Made by a program: the position numbers and the translations under genes. The notes beneath the pieces are model-generated. The model was not told the origin of the DNA. It did not search any database and saw only the letters and a program-made list of their open reading frames with translations. From the human T2T-CHM13v2.0 reference genome, Homo sapiens, in the NCBI RefSeq assembly GCF_009914755.1, contig NC_060929.1: a stretch of DNA of 64,000 nt; one strand, written 5' to 3'. Below are positions 42,820-55,330 of the stretch, one piece after another; the first letter of the stretch is position 1; each line of letters starts with the position of its first letter.

Positions 42820-43600
42820 ACCCTCTCGAGTGCCTTCTATGAAGAAGAGTTCAACTCTGGCTCCAGTTTGTCCCCTACTCTTTTCCCGAATCCCTCGACA
42901 TTCCTTGCTCTTTTCCCCAGGCACCGCATGGCCTGTGACATTTGCTGGGACTCACACACGGCGTCCAACCTCCTTTCTCCGAGCGATGACTCCTAGGAAC
43001 TTCCCAAGGACCAGAGCGATGCAGGCTCCGACACGCGAGGGCGGGGGGCGGGGGTGAGGGGTGCGATGGACGGGGGAGCGGAAGGGAAAGAGAGAGAGAG
43101 GGGACCTGGGTGTAGAGAGGGCCCAGGGCCGCATGAGCCAAGCCAGGGAGGAGCAGGGGGTTCATCTCAGCAACCTGATCGGTGTCGGCCTTTCCCTCCC
43201 TTCAACCCTCCATTGGTGTTGCTGGAACTGGGAAGACTGCTAGACAGACATCCTCTAGGGCACTCTCCCTGACTCACTTTGCTGTGCTTTTAAGCGCTCT
43301 TTTCTGGATCAACAAGAGTTTGCTAGTAAAAATCTGAGCCCGCCATCTCGATGCTTCTCCTGTCTCTAAAACTGGTGCCCGGGCTGAGGCCCCAGGTGAC
43401 AGACGTTTTCCAGTCTACGCTGCGCGGGGCTAAGCCTCTGCGAGGCAGAGCGCACTAAAGCGTGCGCCGCCTCCGGGAGAGCTGAGCTCAGGACAGCATC
43501 GTCTCCGTGCGGTCGCCGCTGGGCACCCAGCAGCGCGGTCTGGCTCCGCTTCTTGTGTCGCTGGCCTTAAGAGTGGGACTGTGAAGGTGGCTGGGCGCTG
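42820..43600. promoter_or_regulatory. CpG island upstream of TSLP (possible alternative or non-coding start)
   Basis: GC-rich, CpG-dense stretch (e.g. 43381-43560) with GC boxes at 43039-43054, in an AT-rich background. Confidence 0.7.
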
Positions 43601-44154
43601 GAATTTGTGGTTTTAAAAGTTCTTGACACCTGCTAGAAAGTGCTAGAGGACTCTTCAGCCCCTAAGGTGCCCCTAGTCACCAAGAGTAGGCGTTTTTCCT
43701 GAAATTGATATGGGAAATTTGAAAAGTAGGGTTTTTGAGAACAAGCCACATCAGATCTTTCCCCACTTATTTCAACCTCTTATCGTTCCTGCCCCTAAGG
43801 TTCTGGTCACGGTTGCACATTTAATGCTTTCACATGGAAGTGCTGTCGAAGACTGAGACTGCACCCCACCCTCCAAAGCATCCCATAAGCAAGCACAGTT
43901 TCTTACTAGCCAAGGAGAAGGGAAAGCACTAGTTGAAAGTGGCCACAGGAAATGCTCAAAGATGTTCAGAATGCATGGGACATATGCAAGGACTCCAAAT
44001 CCTTACAGTGGCTGCTGGTTTCAGAAGGTGTTTCTCCCAAATAGAAAGGATTGGTCACGGAAATGCCCTGTAGGAGAAAGACACTGGTATCCGTTTCTTA
44101 AAGGACATTCACACTTATGAAGTGTTTAGGGCAAAGCAAAAAGGAGGAAGGTGA

Positions 44155-44164
44155 GGGAAATTCC
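44155..44164 (+). promoter_or_regulatory. Proximal NF-kB site
   Basis: GGGAAATTCC, perfect consensus, 369 nt upstream of the ATG; agrees with the reported -0.37 kb site (recalled). Confidence 0.8.
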
Positions 44165-44316
44165 TGATGACTTTACTGATGTTAAAATTCCATAGATTTA
44201 GCTACTCCTTTTTTTTTTTCCTTTCACATCATCAATTCAGAATTCTATAAAGGAAGAGAATGACATGGTAGAAAATCATTGGCCTAGGAGAAAAGAGCCC
44301 GTAGGCGTTTAGGTGT

Positions 44317-44323
44317 TATATAG
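44317..44323 (+). promoter_or_regulatory. TATA-like box of long-form TSLP promoter
   Basis: TATATAG about 200 nt upstream of the ATG and 25-30 nt upstream of the 5' end I recall for the mRNA (about 44346). Confidence 0.55.
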
Positions 44324-44523
44324 TGCAGCCAGAAAGCTCTGGAGCATCAGGGAGACTCCAACTTAAGGCAACAGCATGGGTGAATAAGGGCTTCCTGTGG
44401 ACTGGCAATGAGAGGCAAAACCTGGTGCTTGAGCACTGGCCTCTAAGGCAGGCCTTACAGATCTCTTACACTCGTGGTGGGAAGAGTTTAGTGTGAAACT
44501 GGGGTGGAATTGGGTGTCCACGT

Positions 44524-44694
44524 ATGTTCCCTTTTGCCTTACTATATGTTCTGTCAGTTTCTTTCAGGAAAATCTTCATCTTACAACTTGTAGGGCTGGT
44601 GTTAACTTACGACTTCACTAACTGTGACTTTGAGAAGATTAAAGCAGCCTATCTCAGTACTATTTCTAAAGACCTGATTACATATATGAGTGGG
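44524..44694 (+). CDS. TSLP: TSLP coding exon 1 (aa 1-57, signal peptide and start of mature cytokine)
   Basis: Translates MFPFALLYVLSVSFRKIFILQLVGLVLTYDFTNCDFEKIKAAYLSTISKDLITYMSG, the human TSLP N-terminus; followed by donor GTAAGT at 44695; 171 nt, phase 0. Confidence 0.98.
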
Positions 44695-45520
44695 GTAAGT
44701 GAAGAAGCTTTTTTAAAACAAATGTATTTTCATCAGAGGAGTCGGCATACACACACTCTACAATTTAACTTTGTAGGAAAGAAAAATAATTTAGAAAAAA
44801 TCATGGCCCCACATTTTGTCAAGGATTCTTACAAGTGATATTCAAATATCTAATCTAAAATGATTATCTAGAAATTGGCACATTCTAAGTGTGCAGATGC
44901 TGATGAGGAGCAGGTATTGATAGACAGCGCGTTATGCGTCAAAGGATGTCTATCCTTTGCTAAAGTGTTACTCTGACTATGCTGTAAAAAGCAGGAGGTA
45001 AGAGCTTAAGAAAGAGGAGTAAAAGAGATAATTCTCATGAGATAAACTCTAAGGATTGATGCTGTGCTCCAGGTCTCTCCAGTGTTTTAGATGTTTCAGG
45101 ATGCTATTTATTACAGAATATGGTGTACTTGGAATTTTTTTTAACATACAGTAGTAATCATTTTCCTGATTAACCTAATTTCTAGACAGAGTTTGCATTC
45201 ATGAATGGCCACAGTACAGATGCGGACATCCAAAGGATGGCATTATTACTCACAAGCATAGTGCTATGTGCAGTTATGGCTTGAGGGAAGGGAGGGGGGA
45301 GGTCGCCCTCTGAGACCTGAACCTTTTGGTGTGGTTTCAAGCACTAACCAGCACTATCTAATGGCTATTTCACTGCCTTGTCAATGACATAGGAAAAAGG
45401 TACCTGAGTGGAAACTGTTTTCAGGGCACCTTTAAAGCCTGGGAGCAAAGGGTGGAGGGATGATTTTCCTTGTGGACTTAAAAGTCTTTACCCTCTTTGT
45501 CCTATTTTTCTTTCTTCCAG

Positions 45521-45565
45521 ACCAAAAGTACCGAGTTCAACAACACCGTCTCTTGTAGCAATCGG
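45521..45565 (+). CDS. TSLP: TSLP coding exon 2 (aa 58-72)
   Basis: Polypyrimidine tract plus CAG ending at 45520; TKSTEFNNTVSCSNR; donor GTGAGT at 45566; 45 nt, phase 0. Confidence 0.97.
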
Positions 45566-46300
45566 GTGAGTAGAGAGTTCAGTGCTGCTGGCTTTCTCCA
45601 GGGAGACGCCAGGCATTTTGGAGAGGGAGTATCCTGCTATGTGCAGAACTCCGAGAGGTGCCTGGGCTCCGGGACGCCGCCGCCGGGGGAAAGGGGACAT
45701 CTGGGCTGTCAGAGCGGGGCTGCGCCTAGCTTGGGACAACACTTCTGTTCCAATTTAGGGAGAGGAAGTCTCTATCCGGAGGAAAGGCAAATTGGGAACT
45801 GGGACGAGGGAACGTTGTTAGGGGCACCACCTGCTGGGGTCCGGCGCCTCCGCGCTCGGGCTCGGAATTTTGGCAGCCTCCGCCCCCTGGAGACTTGGGA
45901 GGAGCGAGCGTGGGTGACAGTCTTTTCGCGACGAGTGCCCTCCGCCACCCTCGCCACGCCCCTGCTCCCCCGCGGTTGGTTCTTCCTTGCTCTACTCAAC
46001 CGTGACCTCTTCTCTCTGACTCTCGACTTGTGTTCCCCGCTCCTCCCTGACCTTCCTCCCCTCCCCTTTCACTCAATTCTCACCAACTCTTTCTCTCTCT
46101 GGTGTTTTCTCCTTTTCTCGTAAACTTTGCCGCCTATGAGCAGCCACATTGCCTTACTGAAATCCAGAGCCTAACCTTCAATCCCACCGCCGGCTGCGCG
46201 TCGCTCGCCAAAGAAATGTTCGCCATGAAAACTAAGGCTGCCTTAGCTATCTGGTGCCCAGGCTATTCGGAAACTCAGGTAAGCCCGAAGCCTCAGACGT
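45560..46300. promoter_or_regulatory. Intron-2 CpG island / short-form TSLP promoter
   Basis: Dense CpGs 45660-46210, GC boxes (CCGCCCC, CCACGCCCC), directly upstream of exon 3. Confidence 0.8.
46144..46278 (+). CDS. TSLP: TSLP coding exon 3 (aa 73-117)
   Basis: CAG acceptor 46141-46143; [45 protein letters not shown]; donor GTAAGC at 46279; 135 nt. Confidence 0.97.
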
Positions 46301-48708
46301 TTGCTGTACCTTGGGGCTAACCTCAAATTAAACTGGGGCTTTGGTGCAGAAGTCGTTCTCTTATTTTTATTTAGGTTTTATCTTTCGAAGAGCAAACGAG
46401 CCGGGTAAAAGTGGTAGGATGTCAGTTAGACCCACGTTGATACCCGGAATCAAACTCACCTATTTCTACGGTTCTGATACTGTTTTGGCTGAATTATGGT
46501 TCTAAACCTTAGGGCAATGTTTCAAGCTATGATGAGTGAGACTTCTATATCAGAATGTTTTGATTGCTGGAGCATAAGAGTATGGCTGCTAAAAATGCCA
46601 ATTCCCAGGTACTCAACCCAGACCTTCAACATTAAAATCTCAGATTATGGGGCTCCTTAAGAGATTCTTGTCCAGTCCAAAGTTTGAGCAACACCTCTTG
46701 TTCTTATCACTTAATTATTGTGTGCTTATTTGCTAAATGTATAATTACATTATACATAAAATCTCTATCCTATGTTTGCTTAATTGCTTGTGTGGGCGCT
46801 ATTGCTGTCTCTTTACACATTTTTGCACATGTAGTTATCTGCATTTGAATGCTCGTGTAGCATTAAATATGGAGATAGTGTAGTGGAAAGTTAGGCACAG
46901 GAACTCTGGAGACAACCTGCCTGACTTTGAATCCTGGCCCTATAACTTCTGTGAAGACTTAGTTAAATTACTTAGCCTCCGTGTACTGTAGCTTCATGGG
47001 TAAAGTAAGTATCATATCAGTTAGTCTTATACAGGTTGTTTCTGAGGATTAAATTAGTCAACACATGTAAATGCAGTTGGAACAGTGCCTGGTACACAAC
47101 AGGCACTCAATATTTATTTCAGTCAGCAAGTAGAGGATTTATCTTCATGGTGACAAGTTTAAGGAACAGAGAGAGACAAGTGCAGATATGTTTGATTGCT
47201 CCTTATTAGCCTAGTGGACTTTATATGTCTACAGTCTAGGTAGATGGACACGACTGTCACTTTTTTTTTTTTTTTTTTTTTTGAGACAGAATCTCGCTCT
47301 GTTACCCAGGCTGGAATGCAGTGGCACGATCTCAGCTCACTGCAACCTCCATCTCCTGGGTTCAAGCCTCAGCCTCCCGAGTAGCTGGAACTACAGGTGC
47401 CCGCCACCACGCCTGGCTAACTTTTGTATTTTTAGTAGAGACGGGGTTTCACCATATTGGCCAGGCTGGTCTCGAATTCCTGACCTTGTGATCTGCCTGC
47501 CTCGGCCTCCCAAAGTGCTGGAATTACAAGCATGAGCCACCATGCCCAGCCAAAACTGTCACTTTCTAGAGGTTGAGGATTGAAGCCATAGCGCTGATCT
47601 GGGTTGAGCTTGAATTAGAAACTCAATACCAGACAGCCATATGGGAAACCTATTTGGCTTCATGCCTTCTTATGAAGGAGACCCTGGCAAATCTGCAGAT
47701 GGCTACAATAAAATTCATTTAAATAAGAGCACAAACAAAAAGCTAGATCAAGTTCTTGGACAGCATGTGAGAAAGGGAGAGTTTGGAGAAATTTATTTCA
47801 GTCCCTCCCAAGCCCAAATGGAGAGTCTAAGACTAATAATAATGATTTTGCAGGTTTTTTTAAGATTTGTGCTTAATAACCCTGTGACTTTATTAATTTG
47901 CATACCATGTGTCTAGGAGGCCCAGTGTACTACTCAAAGGTAATTCAGATAAAGGTATATACTGCAATCCTCTTTAAAATAAGCCCTCAGATGTCTGTGA
48001 CACATCTAGACAATGGGGCAGGGGAGGGGGAAGGATGGGGAGCAGGAGCATGCATTTTGGGTCCAAAAAATAGACTAGGTTTATTGAATGATGTCTATAA
48101 ACAGGTATAAGATAGCTCTTGCCCATGAGGAACTTGTGATCTTGTCAGGGAGGTCTTGAAATCAGCAATTTATTCATTTACTTAATCACTCAACAAATAT
48201 TCAGTGTTTCCTATGATTAAGACACTGTATTCAGTGCTATGGGGAATACCTATGATGCAATATAAAGAAAAGCATGTTAAGTGAGAGCCAAGTTAAATGA
48301 CACACACTCTTAAGTACTGGAAGAGTTTCCAAAAGCAAGGTCTGAGCAATTAGTGGAGGCTTTTTGAAGGAGGTGGTGCTTGGCCTTGAAGCAAAAGTAG
48401 GTGGGTACAGAAACAGGAAGGCATTCCCCTGGAAAAGGCACATGCTAGCACATAGTAAGCAGGTGCTTTGGAGACACACTGAAAGATGGATTTGCATAGA
48501 GAAGGCAATTAAACCTGCTCTCAACAGTTACTAAAGATAGTGAAAAGTAATTTTGACTATTGATTCTTATATTCTGCAGATAAATGCTACTCAGGCAATG
48601 AAGAAGAGGAGAAAAAGGAAAGTCACAACCAATAAATGTCTGGAACAAGTGTCACAATTACAAGGATTGTGGCGTCGCTTCAATCGACCTTTACTGAAAC
48701 AACAGTAA
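46216..48708 (+). CDS. TSLP: Short-form TSLP, 63 aa, join(46216-46278,48580-48708)
   Basis: In-frame ATG at 46216 (MFAMKTK...; a second ATG at 46225 gives 60 aa); matches the known short isoform made from an intron-2 promoter. Confidence 0.85.
46870..47120 (+). mobile_element. MIR in TSLP intron 3
   Basis: tttgaatcctggcc...ggttgtttctgaggattaaa...aacagtgcctggtacac. Confidence 0.7.
47261..47551 (-). mobile_element. AluS in TSLP intron 3
   Basis: Reverse Alu with long T tail; TSD ACTGTCACTTT. Confidence 0.92.
48580..48708 (+). CDS. TSLP: TSLP coding exon 4 (aa 118-159 plus stop), with the basic KKRRKRK convertase-cleavage loop
   Basis: TTCTGCAG acceptor ending at 48579; [42 protein letters not shown] then TAA; exons sum to 57+15+45+42=159 aa. 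Confidence 0.98.
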   Translation: MNATQAMKKRRKRKVTTNKCLEQVSQLQGLWRRFNRPLLKQQ

Positions 48709-50660
48709 ACCATCTTTATTATGGTCATATTTCACAGCACCAAAATAAATCATCTTTATTAAGTAGATGAAACATTAACTCTAACTGTGACAAAGAAGAC
48801 CACAAATAGTTATCTTTTAATTACAGAAGAGTTTCTTAACTTACTTTTGTAAGTTTTTATTGTGTAAGTTTATAATGCAGGGGAAGTACTACTCCTCAAA
48901 TGTTGAGGGAAGCTTCCATAACATTGATGACTGGCTTCATGGCAGTAATTCTCGGCTGTAGTTGCATAAGCATTGCTCAAGAGGAAAATCCAAAAGTGCA
49001 GCAGGAGAACTCTTTTCCCTGAAAAAGGAAAAATATTGAACTCAATGATAGCACCTAAACTTACATTTAAAAGACAGACATTCCTTCTACATGTAATGAC
49101 ACTTCTTGTGTTAAACTAAAAATTTACAAGAGAAGAAAGTGAAAGCAAATGGGGTTTCACAAATAGTTGTAAATATAGTGAAGCAATTTGAAATAATTTT
49201 CAAGCAAAGTATTGTGAAAGTATTCTAAGCCAAGTTTTAAATATTATCTAACAGACAAGAGTGGTATATACAAGTAGATCCTGAGAAGTACCTTTGTTAC
49301 AGCTACTATAAATATACATATAAATTATAGAATCTACTTTAATTTATTTTGTGAACACTTTTGAAAATGTACATGTTCCTTTGTAATTGACACTATATAT
49401 TTCTTAATAAAATAATTCTCAAATTTGTTTCTTATGAATCATCTCTCAAATCTAGTTAGACAATTTGCACACATACTTTTCTAAGGGACATTATCTTCCT
49501 TCAGGTTTTTACCTCCACTCATCCTTAGAGCCCACTGACTGCTCCCCTTTATACCTGTTGGCCCTGCCTATAGGAGAGAATATTTGGAGATAGGCAGCTT
49601 CAGGATGCATTGCAATCATCCTTTTCTTAAATTATGTCACTAGTCTTTTATTTTTTCCCCTCTTGAACTTTCCTCACACCTGGAAGAAACAAAGTAGGAA
49701 AAAGTGAACAGGGGATGTCAAATCGATTCTTGAATTCCCGCTGCAAGCTAGAGCCGCAGGCACCCTCTCACTCAATTTCCACTCAGAACCCTATAAACAC
49801 CAGTGGGAAGGGCAACCCACTGCACGTGGGAATGCACTGATTTTTCCTAGGAGTAGACATGTTCCTCTAATTACTCCCTGAGGGTTAGTTGGGGCTAAAC
49901 CATGACAGAAGTGGGGAAGTTCAATGTCCTTAAATCCATCTTACTTGCCAACAGGTAAGAGGAAGCTTACATTACATGTCCAGTCCACATTTAAAGAGCA
50001 CTTACTGTGGAACAAGCCTTCAGCCAAACAATGGGGATAGAAAAGTAGGTAAGACTCAGCCTTTGTCCAGAGAAGCTCAGGGTATAGCTGAATAGGCAGT
50101 TTCTTTTGTCCTGAGGAAAATCAGGACATGCCTGCTTTCTAAAAATCTTCCTCTGAAGACCTGACCCAAGCTCTTAAATGCTATTGTAAGAGAAATTTCT
50201 TTGTCTATTAACTCCATTTTAGTAGGGATTCACTGACTAGATTTTACTGAACTATGAAAATAAATACACATAATTTTTCACAAAATTTTGGGCCCAATTC
50301 CCCTAAAAGAATTGAGGATTAGGGAGAAAGGAGACAACTCAAAGTCATCCCATTAAGTGCAGTTTCTTTGAATCTTCTGCTTTATCTTTAAAAATTTGTA
50401 TAATTTATATATTTTATTCTATGTATTCCATAGATATCTTAATGTAAAATTAGTCATTTAAATTACACTGTCAATTAAAAGTAATGGGCAAGAGATTGCA
50501 TCATACTAATTTAGTAAGAACGTTCCCAAATGTTGTAACAATGTGGATCATACATCTCTGGTTTTTTAAATGTATTGAGGCTTTCTTGGTGGACTAGTAT
50601 AGTATACGGTCAGTTATGTCAATGTTTCATGGTCAATAAAAAGGAAGTTGCAAATTGTGA
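48709..50660 (+). other. TSLP: TSLP 3' UTR with alternative poly(A) signals and scattered ATTTA pentamers
   Basis: AATAAA at 48744, 49406 and 50635; AT-rich; end placed about 20 nt after the distal signal. Confidence 0.7.
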
Positions 50661-50789
50661 TTTAAGCATATAAAGTTGGTTATATACATACTGAGACTAC
50701 ATTGTTAGTTATGCTATTTATATAATCTATATTCTCACTTTTGTCTCCTTCATTCAGAGAATAAGAGAGCTGTATGAAAGTCTACTGCC

Positions 50790-51163
<374 letters not shown>

Positions 51164-52389
51164 TTATCCAATGCCTAAAAAATCAATGGAGCCATTTATT
51201 GATCATTATACCCTTACCATTACAACATTTCCACATCTTATTTGCCAAGTAATCTATGCTCTCTATTAAACTCTTTCTGGGTCTCTTTGCTTTTGATATT
51301 TCTTATACATAGCATGTCATTTTAGTGTGTGGAGGTGGGGAGCGAGAGGGAGTGGATGAATTCCAAACAAAGGCATGTTTACTTTTAGTGCTGTTGCTGC
51401 ATTTTTAAGTTTTCTGTTTTCTTAGTTCCACATTATTTGTATAATTTTAACCTAAGAACAGATCTTTACATTTATTCCTTTTAACCATTTCTTATCGGTT
51501 TTTGTCCTATCCCCTCAGCATGTTGATATCTTGAGAGTTTGGCTCTTGGTTCTATTATTACATAACTCTCCCTCATAGGCTTTCTATTGCTTAATTCAGT
51601 TTTTGAAAAAGTGTTGACCAAGGCAGGACTAAGCCCTCCTTACCATCAAAGGAGGCAACTCTATAGGCTGGTAAAGTTATTTGTCAATGTTCTTTGTTAA
51701 AAAAGAAAAAAAAAGTTCCTTTAAGAATCAAATATCAATTTTTTCATTCTATCCATATCAAAATAAAGGTGAGGGGAAATTTATCAAATGCTTTACTGAA
51801 GTCAAAACATACTAAGCCCATATCAAACCTACAGATCAAATAAATTTATCTAAAAATGGGAATTTTAAAATATTTCAATTATATTCCTTTCTAAATCTTA
51901 CAAGCCAACTCTCTGAGAATTATACCAGACAATAACATTAAACTGATCTGAGATTTTTTAGTATTCTCTCCTTTTTATTATTCAAAAGTACTAGGTTTTC
52001 TCAAATGTTTTTGTTCTAGCTGTAGCTCTGAGAATATCTCTTGGCTTTTGTCTGGCATTGCACTTTGTAAATACACCTATACTTTTTGATACCCAGTATT
52101 TACAGATTACCAAATAATATAGTTTCACTGATGATTATCATGCAAAAGTTATTTATATCTAAACACAAAGGATAATAGCTCATATACAAAGTTAATTGCA
52201 AATTGAATTTTTTGAGTCTCAGGTTCTACATTTCTAAAATAAGGATGATGCTTCCTGTATTTTAGGGTTATTATTAGAATTAAAGTACATTATAAAAATA
52301 ATGTCCTTGGCAAATGGTAAGGAAAATACTTTAAATTTAGTTATTTGAATGCCTATTTGTAACCATTATAAAGATTTGGAATAAAGACT

Positions 52390-53610
52390 GTTACACAGCC
52401 TGTCCGTAACTTTATTTTTAGTTTTCTGTCTAGGACTGCTTTGTGGCAATAGAAAGAAGGTTGAAAAGTTTAAGCACACAGTTATTGACAGCCTAGCAAT
52501 TTTGAACTCTACCAAGATAGCAGAGTTCATAAGACAGAGTACCTCAGGTAAGAGGTGCACAGAGAAAGAAGCTCAGAGACCTGTAGGTATATCTCTTGAA
52601 TATTTAGCTGAGTACTTTTCAGCACATGGCTGAAAACTCACATGGCTATGAGAAAACTACCCAACACTGGGGAATGAGTCACTTGAAAGGTTAGAGGGAA
52701 TAGTGTCCATTACTTACTGAAAGCCAGGAAAATTGCCTATTTTCATCCACTAGACTGGAATATCTCACAACTCATTAGGCATTGGGTAGGGCACTCAGGA
52801 GAGTCTTACTTTAGTAATTAATAATAATTAGCCCAAGGCTAATTGCTGCAATAATCCCGCATTAGAAATCTTAAAAGTAAGACTTGAAAGAATCAAACTG
52901 TTTCCAAGTAACTTAGCTGAATCCTACAATAAACTTCAAGAATATCTGTAGAAATAAAAAATACCTAGGACCCAAAAAGGAAAATTCACAATATTTTGTA
53001 TACAACTAAAGATTATCAGACATGAAAAAAGTGAGAAAATATAACACATGATAAGGGGGAAAAGTGAAACTGATTCAGAGCTAACATCGAAGTTAGAATT
53101 AGCAGACAAGGACATTAAAATGGTTATTGTAAAATGGTTATTGTAACTATATTCAATATGTTCAAAAAGTTAAATATAGACACAGAATACATAAAGAAAA
53201 TCCCAGTCCAACTTCTAGATATGAAATCTGTAATGTGTGAAATGAAATGCACAGTGAATGGTAATCATGAGAGATTAGATGTTGCAAAAAATAAGATGAG
53301 TAAACTTGAAGACATACCAAGGGAAACTATCCAAAATAAAACACAGAAGGAAAACAATAACTTAAAAATGAAAAGACCATCAGAGAGCTGTGAAACAACT
53401 GCAAGTGCCTAATATACATGTAATAAGTCTCTTTAAGTAAAGAGGTACGGAAAAAAATATAGGAAGAAACAATGGTAAATTTCCAAACTTTAAAAAATTC
53501 TAAACCCACAGTTCCAAGAAGCTCACTGAAGCACAAGAAACAGATAAAACTACACTAATGCTCATCATAATCGAATTGCTCAAAACCAGAAAATCTTAAA
53601 AGCAGCCAAT
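52390..53610 (+). mobile_element. Ancient L1M 5'/ORF1 remnant
   Basis: Degenerate ORF1-like translation at 53134-53412; gaaaatcttaaaagcagcca end motif. Confidence 0.65.
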
Positions 53611-54927
53611 GGTATTGTAAAGACCTTCAGCATGTTCTTCTTAGGATTTCCTCTCCAGAGCACTTCAACCCTTTCTCCTGTACTTCGTATATAGTATTTC
53701 ATGAACAATGTCATGATATAAGTAGAAAAAAATTTTACATTGGTTGGCCTTAATTATTGATTTCTACCTGTTAGCTTCTGTTTAAGTAGGAGGGTGGGAA
53801 GATTCTTTTCCATTCTCCACTATTCTTGAAGTAAAGACAAGGATTGTCATAAATGAAACCAACACTTACTGAGTAGTTTTATCAGTTATTTTTCTTATAC
53901 TACCTTATGAAATATTTGCAACAATCCTGTGAGCTATGTGCTATCCCCATTTTACAGATGCAAGAAAAGGCTCAGTGAGTGAACTATCCAGTGTAGCACA
54001 ACTAGTATGTGTAGCATCTGGCTGATTCTGAAGTGCACACTTTCTATTACTTGAGATTAAAGTTTGAGATTTTAAAATAAAAAATGCCTTCCACTAAGTG
54101 GAAATTATCCTCATTACCTAACTAATAGATATTGTAGTTGTCTCCTCAACATGGATTCTACCACTTCTTAATTTTGCATCTATTTCCTCATCCACCAGAG
54201 GGCTTTAGGGATTGATCCCAGCTCCTGGGATGGATCTGGATTAGTCTAACCTAGTATGGGTGTCCCAATATCCTTGCTTGGAGTTAATAGAGGTAACCAG
54301 GCTAATATTGATAAGCATATTGGTAAGCAAGTACCTTGACTCTGGTCTTATTCAGGATAAACATATAGCCACCTTTGGTGATGAACAATAAGCATAAGGT
54401 TTTTGAGGGGAAACCCTGAAAAAACGTTTCCTTACTTTAAAAAAAAAAAAAGGCAGTAGAGTGATAGTCTTCCCCTCTCATGAGATACAAACAAAGAAGC
54501 ATGCAGTGGCAATTACAATTAGCAATTATCCTAAGACCAGGATTGAGATGAAGCCATGAATGGCAGAGAAACAAGAAGGGAAGAGCCTGAAGCTTTAAAT
54601 ATATAATTACACAAGTAGATTAATCAACCTTACCCTCACCCTCCTTTTGATTTCCAATTCCGTGAGCTACTTAAGTAAAGGTTTTGTTTTGGTTTTTCTG
54701 TGTGGGTGGTTATTCTTACTGATTAATGCTACAACTTACCTGAATGCCAAGACAAGGCAAATTAATCTTGATTTAATTTGAAGTGGGAAGAAGAGATGAG
54801 CAAGATGAAGACAGGCCCCAGTATCTTAGGGAACAAGCCAAAAATTATGACCTGGGATGGTAAGGATGCAGGAAAAGTAAACATGTAAAGAGGATGCCAT
54901 TCTTTGGCATATTTCACATTGTTTCCT

Positions 54928-55330
54928 GCTGTGGCTTGAACATGTGTCCTATCCAAAATTCAATTTAAAGCTTAAATCCCCATTGTATTTGGGGAAGTGA
55001 TTAAATCCTGAGGGCTCCACCGTCATAAATGGATTAGTTCCTTATAAAAAGGCTGGAGGAAACTAGCCTAGTCTCTTCTGTTCTTCCCATCTTCTACCAT
55101 GTGAGAACACACTGTTCATCCCCCTTTGCCCTTTCTGTCATTTCTGCTATGTGATGACACCTAGACAGTGCTATATATGAGGAACAGACCTTCACCAGAC
55201 ACTAAACCTACTGGCACTGGCACCTAGATCTTGGACTGCCCAGCCTCCAGAACTGTGAGAAATCATTTCTGTTGTTTACAAATTCCCCAGTCTCAGGTAT
55301 TTTGTTATAGTGGCACAAATGGGCTAAGAA
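54928..55330 (+). mobile_element. MaLR LTR (MST/MLT1A-like)
   Basis: tgctgtggcttgaa...cagcctccagaactgtgagaaa...ggtattttgttatagtggcacaaatgggctaaga. Confidence 0.8.

Noticed and set aside
42676-43272. Cluster of short ORFs on both strands
   Set aside because: Expected from the high GC content of a CpG island; no recognisable protein.
44524-44838. 104-aa ORF as a single-exon gene
   Set aside because: It is TSLP exon 1 reading through a perfect GTAAGT donor into intron 1.
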